A stretch of 63,926 bases of DNA, the filler included, from Intoshia linei (lineage: Eukaryota > Animalia > Orthonectida): assembly GCA_001642005.1 (NCBI GenBank). It is 5 parts of 5 records of this genome, joined end to end, with 100 filler letters (N's around TTAATTAATTAA, not from the genome) between each part and the next. Parts side by side here need not be neighbours in the genome. Positions count along the whole stretch, not along the records: positions 30,458 to 52,332 come from LWCA01000616.1; positions 52,433 to 62,391 come from LWCA01001342.1; positions 62,492 to 63,926 come from LWCA01002614.1; 2 more parts are not named here. One strand, given 5' to 3'. Shown here in pieces: positions 49,690 through 63,606 of the stretch (within the stretch, counting starts at the first letter, position 1; the number at the start of each line of letters is the position of its first letter). The translations under genes and the position numbers were made by a program. The notes below the pieces were generated by a model, which was not told the DNA's origin, did no database searches, and saw only the letters and a program-made list of their open reading frames with translations.

Positions 49690-51390
49690 CGATAGTGGGT
49701 GAGAAGAAGAATTTCAAATTTCATTTGTATTGTATCAGATTGTATTTTAAAGTAACGATAACTATTTTGAATTTTGTTCTTAAATTTATTTTCTAGATCA
49801 TTAAAATTCTTCAACTTCAAGCATGAGACAACATGCTAGTAAGAAGCATGATGTGGTTTTGGATGATTCCTCATCTTTACATAGCACCAAAAGTTTTCTT
49901 CTAAATTTACCTAAGCATGAAGTTGAAAAATTAAATAATAATTAAATGGAAAATGATAATAGTGGATGGCAGATCATTTTCTGATTTTCAAAAAAAAATT
50001 AAATCATTTTTGAAAGATGGCATTCCAAAAAGTTACCAGTTGATAAGCCGGTTTCAAGCTGCACGGAAAATTACAGATTTATATATGAAAAAAACATTGA
50101 AATTAAAAAATGAATTGAAAGAAACTGATGTTCTAAGTCTTACCCCTGATATGTGGTCATCAAGCAATAAAAACACATTTATGGTGATAACAGCTCACTA
50201 TATACATCAAAATAATCTTAAATCCATTGTACTGGATTTTCGCCATTTTTCTGGTAGGTATACTGGTTTACATATTGCAAATAGAATGTTTGAAATTCAT
50301 AAAAAATTTGAAATTGTGGAAAAAACTAGATTTGCAACAACTGACAGCGGTGCCAATATTATCAAAGGTTTCAAAGACTTTAAATCAATGTATGGAGTTG
50401 ATATTGAACGATTTCCTTGTATTTCACATACATTGCATTTGATAATTACCAAGTCACTTCAGTTATGGAGTCAAAGAACTATTGCTAATGATGATAATGC
50501 TGACTATGAGTTTAGTATTGAAGATATTGATATAATTGCTGACATAAATATATCATCGGAAAATGAAGCAGACACTCATGAAACCATTGAAAGATATTTA
50601 TATGATAGTGAAAACGAAACTGATAATGATAAAGTATTGATAAATAATAGCATTGAAATATTCAGTTTAGCTCTTTAAAAAATTAAAAAAACGATTGTGT
50701 TACTAAATCAATGCCCCAGATTGAATATGGCATTACAAGAAAAGTTGAAAACAAATAGTGATAGCAAAGCAATTCCATGTTTAGATTCAAAAACTCGTTG
50801 GAATTCAACATATCACATGATAGATAGAATTAATAACATTCAGATAAATACATGCTTATCAGACAACAGATCACTAAGTTTCTGACAGATGCTGCTTTCG
50901 CAAAAAACCGTAAAAAGATTGATAAATTCCATAAACAAATTCTGAATTCAGAAGAGACCACTTCTTTGAGTGCATGCCTTGTAATAATTGAACCTTTTAT
51001 AAAATTTACTGTTATTTTGAGTGGAACGTCATATACAACATCAGCTTTAGCACTTCCAATGATTAAAATCATTTGTGAGGTTGCTTCGGCTAAGCAAACT
51101 GATGATTTATTATTGAAATTCTTAAGAAAGAATAAATAAATGGCTTGTCATTATTTCTATGATGAAGCTGGAGAACTCAAAAAGCACGTAATGAATCTGC
51201 TGTGGAATATTGGACCAAAAGCAACCTAACAATTTTAAAAAAAGTTTCTATCAAGTTTGTTGTCACTCCTTTAACCTCAGTAGCATCAGAATCAACTTTT
51301 AGTATTAGTGGCATCATCATTTCCAAAACAAGAGTAAGACTGAAAAATTATAACATAAAAAAACTGTTGTTTTTGAAAGACAAATTATAA
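49690..51390 (+). mobile_element. Decayed hAT (Ac/ZBED-type) transposase
   Basis: SLTPDMWSS, FMVITAHYI, TTDSGANI, PCISHTLHL, LDSKTRWNSTYHM, and the hATC motif PLTSVASESTFSISG.IISKTRVRL. Confidence 0.92.
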
Positions 51391-52432
51391 TGTTTTATTA
51401 TTCAAATTTCATTTTCTTATTTCCATTGTCTTAATCATACCATAATTAATTATAAAAAAATTTCATATAAAGCCCCCTTGAAAGTTAAGTTCAAAAAAAA
51501 TCTGAAAAAACCGCCGGTTAAAGTTTGGTTTAAAAAACATTTCTAAGAACCGCCTTAAAATTTGGGTTACAAAAATTTCTAAAAAAACCCTATATGCTAA
51601 AGCTGATGTTGCATATGACGTTCCAAGTATCCAACTCCAACAAATTCCAAAAAATGTATCAAGACTATTGGTATTAGTATTGAATATTTTTAGTATTGAG
51701 AGTCAATACCAAGACAATACCAAGAAGTATGGATTTGTGCACATGCCTAATTATGGTTACCAATAACAGAAAATAGTACGAATTGATAATAGATTGATTT
51801 ATAAAATTGAAAAGTCTGATGCAAAGATACTTCATAACAATTTTACAACTAAATCTTTTGATGTCATATTCGACTGGTTCAATAAGAAACGATCTCTCTA
51901 TTTATTTTTCATTGTGTTAGATTAAAAGAAATGACCTTAAAACTCGCCATTAAGGTGGGTTTTAAAATTTTTCAGTTTCAAATGGTTACCTAATATCATT
52001 TAAACAAAGACATAAAATAATCAGAAAAACCGTATGCGGAGAATCTGGCTTTGTTTATGAAAGTATTATAGACACTAGGGGTGTGAAGGAATTTTTATAT
52101 TAATAGTGCACCCTTCCACCATATGAATATTTTGAAAATATTCAATTTGCACCCAGTCTTACCTCTCACCTGTTAAAAAAACCCTGGGTCATCCCCTTTA
52201 AAGTTTTGAACAATATATCGCTCACAGTAACTAATATATAACAATTTTCTTAAAAACATTATTTTAAATAAAAAAAATTTTTATACAAATAGCTATAAAG
52301 ATGCGCAAAATTATCGTCTAGCAAATCATGAANNNNNNNNNNNNNNNNNNNNNNNNNNNNNNNNNNNNNNNNNNNNTTAATTAATTAANNNNNNNNNNNN
52401 NNNNNNNNNNNNNNNNNNNNNNNNNNNNNNNN

Positions 52433-52570
52433 AAGTTTCTTTAAGTGCAAGATCAAAGATGTGGTTGATCCTCCTGAAGACTTCATGGTTTTCTGACACT
52501 TCGTGCATTGAACGTCATCTTTGTTCTTCCGAATAAAAAATTTCCACACATTTGATTTCCTTTTTAACAT
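52433..52570 (-). mobile_element. BED zinc finger (hAT transposase N-terminus), truncated by the gap
   Basis: KSNVWKFF.....VQCTKCQKTMKSSGGSTTSLILHLKK. Confidence 0.8.
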
Positions 52571-52930
52571 GTTAGGGCTGAAAAGTAAAAGGGAAAATTA
52601 TAAAAATCATGAAAGCTATCATATCAATAAAAAGAATATTGATATTAAAAGATCATAACAAATGTAATTTTATTCTAAATAAACCCCTGTAAATCTTCTA
52701 TTGACTTACCAAAGAGAATCCAAAATCGAAAAGCGGATATAAAAAGTAAAATATTAAAACAAATATTACAAATAATAAAACCGATTTCATCCAATAAAAA
52801 TCCAATAAAATATTAAGGTAGTGTGTTACACATCACATTATTTGACATACAAAACGGTATAAAACTTGGCAAACAGTATATATATTATTGTATATGTTAT
52901 ATACTATATAACATAGGTAAAAAAAATTAC

Positions 52931-53763
52931 CCATAGCAGCAAATTGCATATTACAAACAGACCCATGTGGACTGATTCTGTATAAATGAGATCCTTTATT
53001 GTCCACTCCTCCAAGAATAAATGCAGCCGATATATACCCCATATGCCTAAATAATGAAGAATAAAGAAGATAAAAGACAAAAAACTTGAATAATTCTTGT
53101 CTAATTTGCCTACAAGCTGCAGAAACATATGGCTTTTTTTTCCAAGTCAATTGCATCAATTGCATTTTTGAAGATATAAGTCTATAAAATTATTAAATTT
53201 TAGCTAACTAAATTCTCAACATGAAAAGTTTAAGTTTTAAAAATAAATTAAAAATGACTAAAAATAAAAATACTCTGTAGTCATTTCAGCATCAGCTGCA
53301 GTGCCAGCTCCGCAACAACTAATTTAAATTAATAAAAAAACAATATAAACAAACTAAATATAATCGCTGATATAATGAATCTTTTCGCAATTTTTATCGG
53401 CTACAATAGGTCCATTTGTTGCTCTTGTATCTGCACCCAAAATTATACCACCCTAAAATTATAATTTAAAAATTAACATTGTATATATACAAAAATTACT
53501 TAGATTGAAAAAATAAAAATACTAATTTACTTTAAAAATAATCCCAACAATCGTAGTTCCCGTTTTAACTGATTTTAATTTTGCCTCTTTAAAAGTTTCA
53601 TTTCTAAATGTAAAAATATAAATTGAAATGCCTTGAAATTATCCAATCAACTAATAATCATATTTACTAATCATTGAAATTTTTTTAAATCAAATATATA
53701 CCTCGATACATTCTCAAAACAAAATCCTGGAACGTGATTTTCATTTTTTTGTAAATCTAACAT
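52931..53763 (-). CDS. PSMB7: Proteasome subunit beta type-7 (beta2), first six exons: 53763-53702, 53603-53531, 53452-53355, 53318-53274, 53181-53086, 53046-52931; 3' exons not seen
   Basis: [90 protein letters not shown]...AMG. All GT-AG introns splice in frame. Confidence 0.93.
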
Positions 53764-53966
53764 GACTTTTTACAAATTAATAGTAACTTTATATTATTTA
53801 AAAAAAAATTTTGATATTTTCAAAATGACTTGGATACCAAAAAAGAAAGGTGTTTATAGTTTTAGTTTAGCGTTTACAATTCAATTTAAAATTTATTTTA
53901 CGCATGTTAATTTAATTATTCCTCACATCTAACTGGGATTCTCAGATTGAAGGAACTTTTAAGTTT

Positions 53967-56900
53967 TTATAAACTATTTAATATATCTACAAGAGATTTA
54001 TTTTGATTTTGATTTGTTTTAATTCTTTTTTCTCTAATATACTCGATTGGAGTAGTTAAAATTTGACCAAAAGTTTCAGGTAGACATGTAATGTATGGTT
54101 TTATTTTTTCTAGCTTTTCAGTCGATTCTTTTCCATCCAAATAACTTTTTATTTGTAAATGTTGCATCTATTTTTTATGCATTAAATTTTATTTTATTTG
54201 TAAAAAATATTAAAAATACATGCATAAATACAAGATTGACTTTTATGCAGGATCACGGAGAACCAGAAATAGATACAAATCTACCGTACATGAGACTTCT
54301 CTTCGGATCTCGATAACAATTTTCTAAAAGGGTGGCCTCATTTTCCCAAATTTTAGATTTAAAAAATTATATTTTTGAATATCATCAGTGACCATCACTA
54401 ATAATTAAATGTTTTATTTCAAATTTAAAATATCGAGTACATATTCGTAGAGAGGTGGCTAGGGTTATTGGAATTTCCATAGATGGTTGATTTTTTTAGT
54501 GGTTATTTTGAATTTTCGGGTGACATTGAGACCCTTACCGGTAAAGGTTATAATATAAAAGAATAGTACCACATCACTATAAACTTGAATTGTACCAATG
54601 TCATATTGATCCAAATTATCAATAATATTTTGAATATAAATAAAAACTTTTTCGACAGGTTCAATTTCCAATATTGTTAAAATCTAGCATATAATTAACA
54701 AGTTTATAATAATTATATAAATACAGCAATTTTCAATTGTATTGTATATGTAGTCATTTTCAAAAAAATAAATACTCTTTAAAATTAGGTAATAGAAATT
54801 ATCCAAAATCCCATGAAAATTAGACAAAAAATTACTAAAAACTATATAAACATAGTAATGGAAACTGAGTACAATTCTATCTCAATTCAAGATATCTGAC
54901 GTCGATTCTCTACTCGAGACTCTAGAATCTAATCTAGACACAGGGGTGTCAGACTCAATTTTCTTGGCGGGCCAAATGTGAAAAAAATATTAAAATATTA
55001 TTATCTTTACTCAAACCATTATTAAACTAACAGTTTTAATTAATTAATAAAATCAAATACGAATCAATAATAATGGAATAAGTGTATAACTAATGTTAAA
55101 ATTATAATCATGAAAAATACATAAAAAAAAATTTGTGTAAAAAATTTTGTTATGAAAAGAAAAATTTATATTGTAACGCGGTCGCATAATTGACACCCTG
55201 CTTTATAGCGACATTATTATTGATTTTCTTAATTAATCATATTGATTTTTTGAAGAGTTTGAGTTTTTCCATTAAAATGTTAAAAATGTTCCCTTAAAAA
55301 CCCTACAAAAATGATGTTTAAAGTTGTATCAAAAAATGTAACCATAATTTTTTTTAAAATTAAGTCAAAAAATGTGTCATAAAAAATCCTATGAAATTTT
55401 GGTAACAAAATTATCTTGAAAATGTTTAAAGAAAAATTGAAAAATTTTGGTACTTACTAATGTTATTAAAAAAATTTTTGTTTATTTTGCTTGTTTTTAT
55501 TTTTAAAATCACCTTATAATTTATATAAAAAATATTTTAAATATAAAGAGCTTTTAGTTTAGATCCATAAATAAACCAACCCTTAAGGAAAAATTCCACT
55601 TTTACCTATTATTAAAACTTGAAAAATTTCTATTTTTTAAAGTGGAATATGATTGATCTTTTATGAAATAGTTTATGCAATTTTATAAATCTTGCGTAAT
55701 TATGCATTTATATAAATTCACAGTAGTCCATACAATACATAAAATATACATTTTTTCAATTCAATATGGGTAAAGGTAATAACATTTTATCTAATGCAAA
55801 CAATTTGTCTTAAAAATTATAATTTTGTAAATTATAAATAGAATTTCATGTTTCCATAAAGTAATCTAATCCAATACCCAAAATGAAAAAAGAGCCTCTT
55901 TTACAATCGCATGTAATAGTTGGTAAAAGTGGATTTTTCTTTTTAGAGTTGGTAAAACTGGATTTTGCTTTTTAAATTTGGTAAAATTACAATTTTCCCT
56001 ATTGGGTTGATAAAACGGACATTTTCCCTAATGGGTTGGTAAAACTGGATTTTTGCTTTTTAGATTTGGTAAAATTACAATTTTCCCTAAAGGGTTGATA
56101 AAACTGCCATTTTCCCTAATGAATTAGTTAAAACTGGTTTTTTCTTTTTAGAGTTGGTAAAACTAGATTTTTGTTTTTATGGTTGGTAAAACTAGAATTT
56201 TCGCTAAAGGGTTGACAAAACTGAATTTTTATTTTTAGTAAAAATTGAAGTAATTAATAATATGATTAATTAGCAAAATCTATGATTATGTCGCTCAACT
56301 GAATGTTCGTCAAGATATCTATAACAAATATTCAGTAATTCAATACCTTAAAATTGACAACTTGATCTTGTTTCATGATTCTTGGGTTATCATAAGTGGA
56401 GAGACGTTGCATAAGATTAAAATTTTGCTAAAAGTAAAAATATAAAAAATTAAAAAAAAAATGTGTAATTTCCTTACTCATTGTAAGTAAAATAAATTTT
56501 ATGAAAATGAATTGATTTTAATCCTGACTGACTTTACGTTAGGTTCATTTCAATCAATGGGTATCAAACTTTTATACTAAATATTAAAAGTTTATTTTAA
56601 GCTAAAAAAAAATCCGCGAGTCCAAAACATTTTTTTGTTTTTTCTAATCTGAATTAAATATCAATAGGCTTCCAACGATCTATATATGGTGAAACGTAAA
56701 ATTACAGTGGCACAATATCAGTTTGATTAAAATTTAGATAAAAATTTCGCAGGTCGAATTAAATTTAATGTGGTTGGTCACTGATTCAATATATCAATTT
56801 TAAATGTATCATTTAATATGATTTGAAAATTAATTGAAAGCAATACATGATTTAAAGCGAATTTAAACAAGAAAATAATGGCTCGCCGTGGAATATACTG

Positions 56901-58662
56901 AAAATTCGAAGAAAATATAACATCAATCATAGTTTCTGTATTTTTCGATAGATTCTAAAAAATTGAATAAAAGTAATTTACAAAATAAAAAATTATAATC
57001 TAGCCTAGTATAATGAAAATTAAAAAATTGGTTTATTAATAAATATACTAAAATTACTTGCTCTAAATTTGATCCACAAATAGCTGATATTAATCTAGAC
57101 GAATTTTTGTTAATGTCTTTGTACAAAAACAAATTCAACATGTCATCAAATTGTTTGTTTTTATAAAGCAAATCAAAAAATATCATTAACGAGGCAAAAT
57201 TGTCGAATACTCGAGTTAATTTCTAAAAATGGGATATATAATTTTTACATTCATAAAAACCTTGTAAATTTCTATAGCTTCATTTGGAAGGTTGATGTGA
57301 TGCAACGATCGCATAATTATTGGTCCAAAATTAAATTGATACATATTATTTACTTGGCGTAGGTATCTAAATGTCACCAATACATTGAAATAATGTCAGT
57401 ATTACAAAAATGTACCGGTCCATAATTAAAATGAGTATATTTACATCGTTTTGATTTTCCAAGAGGTGTATGAACGTTTTTATATCGGCTTCATATACGA
57501 TATAATCTTCATTTTTAATATTTTGAGAAATAATATCGATAAATTTTTCTAAGATTTAATATTCAAATCCATATTTAAAGTATATATAAAGTAATTTATT
57601 TAAAAGTGTATGTCTGTTTATTTAAAAAAAAAGTTAAAAGTTAATTTACGTTATTTTGGTAGCAAATACTTTATTTTAGTAGCTCATACTTTATTTTGGT
57701 AGTAAATACATTATTTTAGTAAATTACATTGTAATTATAAAGCTAATATAGTAATAATAGTACGTATTACTAAAATAAAGTACAATTTGTATGTAATTTA
57801 CTAAAATAAAGTATTTACTACCAAAATAAAGTATAGGCTACTAAAATAAAATACAATTTGTATGGAATTTACTAAAATAAAGTATTTGCTACCAAAATAA
57901 CGTATAATTACCAGGTAACCTTTAAAAAAGTAATAGGCGTAAAGTTTTAAGAATGGCCACTCTAATACAGTTTTTCCAAGGTGATGTTTTATCGCAAATT
58001 TCATTTTCAGAATTTAGTCCTTCAAGGTCAAAAACCCCAATTATCCTTTTTTTTTAAATTCAAATCGAGTCCTAGAATTATAAAACATTCACAATCTGAT
58101 AAATATTTTAAAATCATTAGCATAATGATAAATTTCAATTTTATGATTGATATGATTTTATTATTTAATTTTTGATTAATTAATTTTTTAGTAGCATTAA
58201 AACAGTCTGTACAAATAGCACCTAACCTGCCGAGGACGAAGTACATAACAGTCAACCTAGTAATAATAATAATTTATAATAAAAAACGAATACTTTACTG
58301 TAGTAGTAACTACAATGCAGTCCCATCTTAATTTTCTAAATATTTTTAAATACAACTCCACGCAACGTAGCCACTATAATTAATTAAAATAATCCCTTGA
58401 TAATTTAATATAATCCTTATCAAGGGGTTTGATTGTATTTACGTTTAAAACTTTTAGTTCTGTCGAATGCAAATTTTCTATTTTCTCTAAAAGAATCGAG
58501 ATTCAATGATTCGTAGAGGAACAGGCGTTTAGGTGATTCAATGTGATCTATATTATAATTTTGATCAGAATATAAAAATTTAATTTAATTACTGGATAAT
58601 GTGCGATATTTTATCTGGGTTGAAATAACTCTTGTAATAAATTTTATCTTGTTCAATATCAT
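53967..58662 (-). CDS. PTCD2: Mitochondrial pentatricopeptide repeat protein 2 homologue, multi-exon; middle exons only partly resolved
   Basis: Basic presequence-like MILNKIKFITRVISTQIKYRTLS, then PKRLFLYESLNLDSFRENRK, IVYEADIKTFIHLLEN, YQFNFGPIIMRSLHHINLPNEAIEIYK, LTRVFDNFASLMIFFDLLYKNKQFDDML, and C-terminal ETFGQILTTPI. Colinear with recalled PTCD2 motifs (FGP..MR; F....S..ILMDLL). Confidence 0.72.
55918..56230. repeat. Tandem array of about ten ~32-bp units (GTTGGTAAAACTGGATTTTT...) inside a foldback/MITE copy in a PTCD2 intron
   Basis: The repeated units are directly visible. Flanked by GCGACATTA (~55208) and TTATGTCGCTC (~56286). Confidence 0.75.
57568..58260 (+). mobile_element. Helitron-like copy containing a palindromic minisatellite (57650-57900)
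   Basis: Ends GTACATAACAGTCAACCTAG|T. TTATTTTGGTAG units are mirrored by CTACCAAAATAA units. Confidence 0.6.
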
Positions 58663-61615
58663 ACATTTATTTATAATCATAACATGTAAACTAATATTAA
58701 ACTTTTCAATTAAGTTTTAAAGTGTTTATTATTAAAATGAATTTATCTTTGTTTTATCAAAATGATTATTTTTGTAAAAAAATTCAATTTTAGTCTGATT
58801 TTTGACAACTTGTACTCAGAATTCATACTACAATATAAGGTGAATACCAAATCCTTACTTATATAAAATTGAATGTCTGAATATTACTGTTCACTTAAAA
58901 AATTAAGTCCTAGAATTTAAAAAACCTAATTTCTAATAGTTTTCGATAGTGATGTTTTTATCCAAGTTTCATTTACAGAAATTCAGTCCGTTAGGATCAA
59001 AGATAAAATATTTACCTTATACTTTAGTCAAATTGTTTTCAACTAATTTTTTCTCATTATGTATATTAAAATTAGAATAATGACAACTTTGAGTACATTT
59101 ATTTTTTGTTTATTCCAAAATACGAAGTCGAGTAGAAGAGAAAAACGTAAAGCGTATTTAAAATTTAATCTGCTTTTTTTTGTTTTTTATGTCTAAAAGT
59201 AGAAAATCCACATTCACATAAGTACGTAGCTAAAGGTAACAGAATTTTAATAGTTTTTTCCAAGTTTAGCATATGAATTACACATCTTTGACCAAAATTT
59301 TGTTATTGATTTTTCAATTTCCTCCTACCAATAGTAAAATTCCCCCATGGTGAGAATTACTGTTTTAGTCATTAAAGTTTAGTGTAAAACAATAAGTGTG
59401 AAAATAATTCCACACAACTTTACGAAACATACCAATAATAAATTTAAAATTATCTGATTTAATTTTTCCCATGTGAAATAAGAAAATGTACATTTATTAA
59501 TATTTACAAGATATATTTATATATTCATTCCGATAATAGCATTTTTGGAGTAATTTTAAACAATTCTTGAACAAGTTGTCTTGATACAATAGGGATAGAA
59601 TTTAACTGGAAAATATACAAAACTTCCGTATAATTGCACAAATTTATAAATATTTCTGGGTGAGTTTGATTAAGTCTAGATTTGACAATATAAAATAAAT
59701 AAGAGTCTTGAAAATACAGTACCGTGTATCAACAAGGGTGGTCGATTAGGAAAAAAGATTTTACCTTAACTTAAGGCTTAAGGATTGGAAATTCGATTTT
59801 TTCTCACAAAGTTTTTTGTAAAATCGTAAGGGGATTTTGTCATAAAGGGCTTGAAATATCTTTTTTTTAAACATTATTAACGGTGGGATAAAATCCCAAC
59901 ATCTGGCAACTCTGCAATAAAGTATTTACAAAAATAAACAAATTTTTTAATTTTGCTGGTAATAAAACCAAAAATGTTAGTACTAACATATGCTGGTAAC
60001 ATCTTTGTGAATCAGCTATCAAATTCAAAATAATAAATCCTCAAAAATGAGGAAACATAATAAAAAAGTTGAATTTAAGAAATACTAAACTTAAGACATT
60101 GTGAATAATTTTCCTTCAGTAATCTAATATATCAGTTAATAACCCAAATATCTGGAGCATCAAATTGAAAAATGGGGAGGCTAATAAAAATTTCGATTCG
60201 TACAGTTCATTGTATTAGTGTCTCAGTTTAAAAAGTGACTTTTGTCTGGAAATATCATCACTGGATCAGTTGCATGATCCCAGTTGATATTTCATTTGTG
60301 TATATTTTTAAGTTAAAATGTATTTTAAATAAATAAAAATTACCTAATTAAATTGGACAAGGATTCTTTGGAAAAAACAGAAAATTTGAATTTACAAAGA
60401 CAAAATAAAAATTTCTGTATATGCATGGATGTCTCATTTTTATCCGCACTATTGTGATTATGAGATAAACAGTGTTTTGAATTGTGATTATAGCGCATTA
60501 CTAATGGTTTATTTTCAACTGTATCCCAATTTCCAATTTCTTTATAAGCCTAGAAAATTTTTAGTAAAATACAAAGATATTAGATATACACAAATATCAA
60601 TAATTCACAAATACTCTTTAAACAATATCGAGACACCAGAACCTGTGAAACCGGTAATAAGTGTTATTAAGTTAATAACCAAAAATTAACCATAATGCGT
60701 TAATTAAATTAACTTAATTCAATGACCGCCAAATTGTTCAATATGGAGTAGTTAACCACATGACCGTGAAGAGCCAGCAGTAGGTCCGGCCAGATGGAAA
60801 TGGTAGGTCTGTTTAAAAATTTTTGCTTAATCATTCATTATCTAAAAATTAAAAATAATCGTTGGAAATCCCATTAATCATCGAAATATTAGTATACTTA
60901 ATAAATTTTCCAACTTTACCCATTAATACATTAAAACAGAAGGCCCATCTTGATTGTAGACCGGCCAATAGTGCCTCCTAGCCTCTGCCAACGGTCCTGG
61001 TTCATTAAAAACCACCTATCAACTCTATTACCAATATAACCCAAAGTATCTCACAATATAATGAGACGGCGAATTAAAAATTGAATATTTTTAATTTTTT
61101 GAAAAATGCAAGAGTTCTGCAACACGATACGAAGCACGATTCGAAGTTCGTGTTTGGATCGTTAGCGAGATTGGCGTTCGAATTAAAAAAAAATCGTAAA
61201 TTGAATGAATTACTGTCAATTAATTTTTTTGAGTAAATTGTAAATTTCCTGCTTCTGGCCTGTTGCAGAATTTCTAGTGGAGACTGGTCATAATTTACAA
61301 TCCTAATGGATCCTCATCAAAGTAAAATTGACGAGGGATTAGAATTAAATTAGAAAAAATTAAAATGTCGACACCTCGTAGAAATAGCTACTGTTTATAT
61401 CCACAACAACAAAAGAAATGGTAATAAATTATAATTTAAATATTTTATAAAACAAAAATGAAAAAACCTTAAATTCGGTTGTATCATTCCAAAACTTGGG
61501 AGCAGCAATCCATGATATTCCGTACAATCTAAATTAAAATTAATCCAAAATAAACACTGAATTACGAACATGAGAATAAATCGTCATTACTTTACAAACA
61601 TTCTAACTTATATAA

Positions 61616-62391
61616 CACGGTGCGCATTCTGAAAAACACCTAAACTTGTGTTATATCATTAAATCTATAATTTCATGTTGATTTGAATGTATAAATATTA
61701 AGGTGTGACGAGGTCATAATTATTTGCAATTATAGTTTTAAATTAATATTATTTTAAAACCGTCGTATAAGTAACTCGTTATTTTTCCATACAATAATAT
61801 CAATTAGTTTATTGTATNAATATTAAGGTGTGACGAGGTCATAATTATTTACAATTATAGTTTTAAATTAATATTATTTTAAAACCGTCGTATAAGTAAC
61901 TCGTTATTTTTTCATACAATAATATCAATTAGTTTATTGTATAAGGTTTAATTATATTTTTATTTTACACATGTATTGTGATTGCAAATATCATTCGGAT
62001 GCTGATAAATATTGCTACATGTGCGGTCACAGAATATTTAGTAAGAAAAAGCAATATCCAGTTGACGAAAAATTAAAAGATACATTAAAAAGTATCTATA
62101 ATATTAAATACATAAAAAATATCTGGACGCCTGGGTATATATGCTTATCTTGTGCAAATTCAGTTTACAAAAATTACAAAAGATACAAAAAACCTCAATC
62201 ATGAACATGCCCTGGTACAAAAAATAATTGCTATTTCTGCAAATGCAGAGATATCTCATTTAACAGTAAATTGAAAAATAAACATTTGCCAAATGTAGTT
62301 CAAAAAATGTTCAAAACCGATTCCAATACCCAAGAGAAAAAAATGATGTATTTATAACTACATCAGATTCTTCATTCGACGATGATTTATG
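61616..62391 (+). mobile_element. Chapaev/CMC-like transposon 5' part (Cys-rich N-terminus)
   Basis: C....DKYCYMCG...WTPGYICLSC...NNCYFC, with a candidate terminus CACGGTG at 61616. Family assignment is from memory. Confidence 0.5.
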
Positions 62392-62491
62392 NNNNNNNNN
62401 NNNNNNNNNNNNNNNNNNNNNNNNNNNNNNNNNNNTTAATTAATTAANNNNNNNNNNNNNNNNNNNNNNNNNNNNNNNNNNNNNNNNNNNN

Positions 62492-63606
62492 CTACCTTCA
62501 TAGGCTTTGATTTCACATTCCAGTGTCGACAAATACATTTACTAGGTGAAACATATTTTTCATCTAAAAAACTGTCTAGTTCACCCCAATCGGCTATATC
62601 TGAATATCTAAAATTATTATAATTATTTCTATTCTATAATGAAAATATTAGTTTTACCTACAAGTCAATAAATATTTTACCTAATAATAACATAAAATCG
62701 CATGCTTTAATTATTTTTGAGTTACGTATTTTTAACAAATATGCCTTTACTGCATAAATTGCTTTTGCATTCCATCCATTTAATGATAGGATTTTTGTTT
62801 TTTGATCTTTGTGTTAAGTACGCATTGGTAAGATTGAAAAGTTCTAAATAATCATTTCTTTATTGCCCATTGAATTGTAGGGTATTTTTTATCTTAATTG
62901 TTTTAATGTAATTATCATTAAAAATTTTGAAATTATTTCGAATTTCGACAACGAACGGGAAATTCAAATTTGGTCCTTATGTACCACATTCAAATATGTA
63001 GTTCAAGGTATGCTTCATTACTAGGTCTAAAACATGAAATCTGCAGCCTTCATAAACAATCGGTTGAGCCAATGATTTCATTGTAAGCTTTGCGGTCCCA
63101 TTTATATTCCTCGTATTGCCATAAATTGTGTCACATACAATTATTTGAATGTTATTTTTGATATTATATTCTTCTAATGTATCAAGTATGGCTTTATGCA
63201 TTGTTGCACCTTTTCCATTATCTAAAGTTTTTAGAGAAATACAAAGGGATAATCCTTTATCTGTTTTGTTTTGTTTAATTTTGTTTAAATTTTTGATGGT
63301 AGTTCGGATTTTTTAGATAGAGCGCATACTTGTTCATTAAATCTCTAATTTTGACTTTTACTAATCCTAATGAAATCGGTCCCAGAGTGCACTTTATCCA
63401 TAAAGAATATAGTTCTATTGCAGTTTTATCACAGTAATAAAATTTTCATTGTGAATTATTTTCCATTCTAAAAAATGATAATTTCCCATTATTTTTTTTA
63501 TAGTAGGTAATCTCGATAAATTACTAAGCGGTTCACTAACCACTACTCCATAAAGACGCGTCCACCTCATACTTTTTTTGAATAATTTATTTTTAGATCT
63601 TGACAT
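62492..63606 (-). mobile_element. Decayed hATm-like transposase (same broad family as 35103-36460)
   Basis: RLPTIKKIMG, IVCDTIYGNT..INGT, GCRFHVLDLVMKH and WNAKAIYAVK. Confidence 0.75.

Noticed and set aside
55918-56230. ~32-bp periodic array (also 20880-21140) as a possible CRISPR-like array
   Set aside because: The units are degenerate tandem repeats with no unique spacers, there are no cas genes, and the context is a eukaryotic intron.
60070-60300. Possible Tc1/mariner scrap on the minus strand (IFPDKSHF)
   Set aside because: Too short and degenerate to support.
61694-61943. Near-perfect ~124-bp tandem duplication
   Set aside because: The copies are separated by a single n (61818), typical of an unmerged contig overlap.
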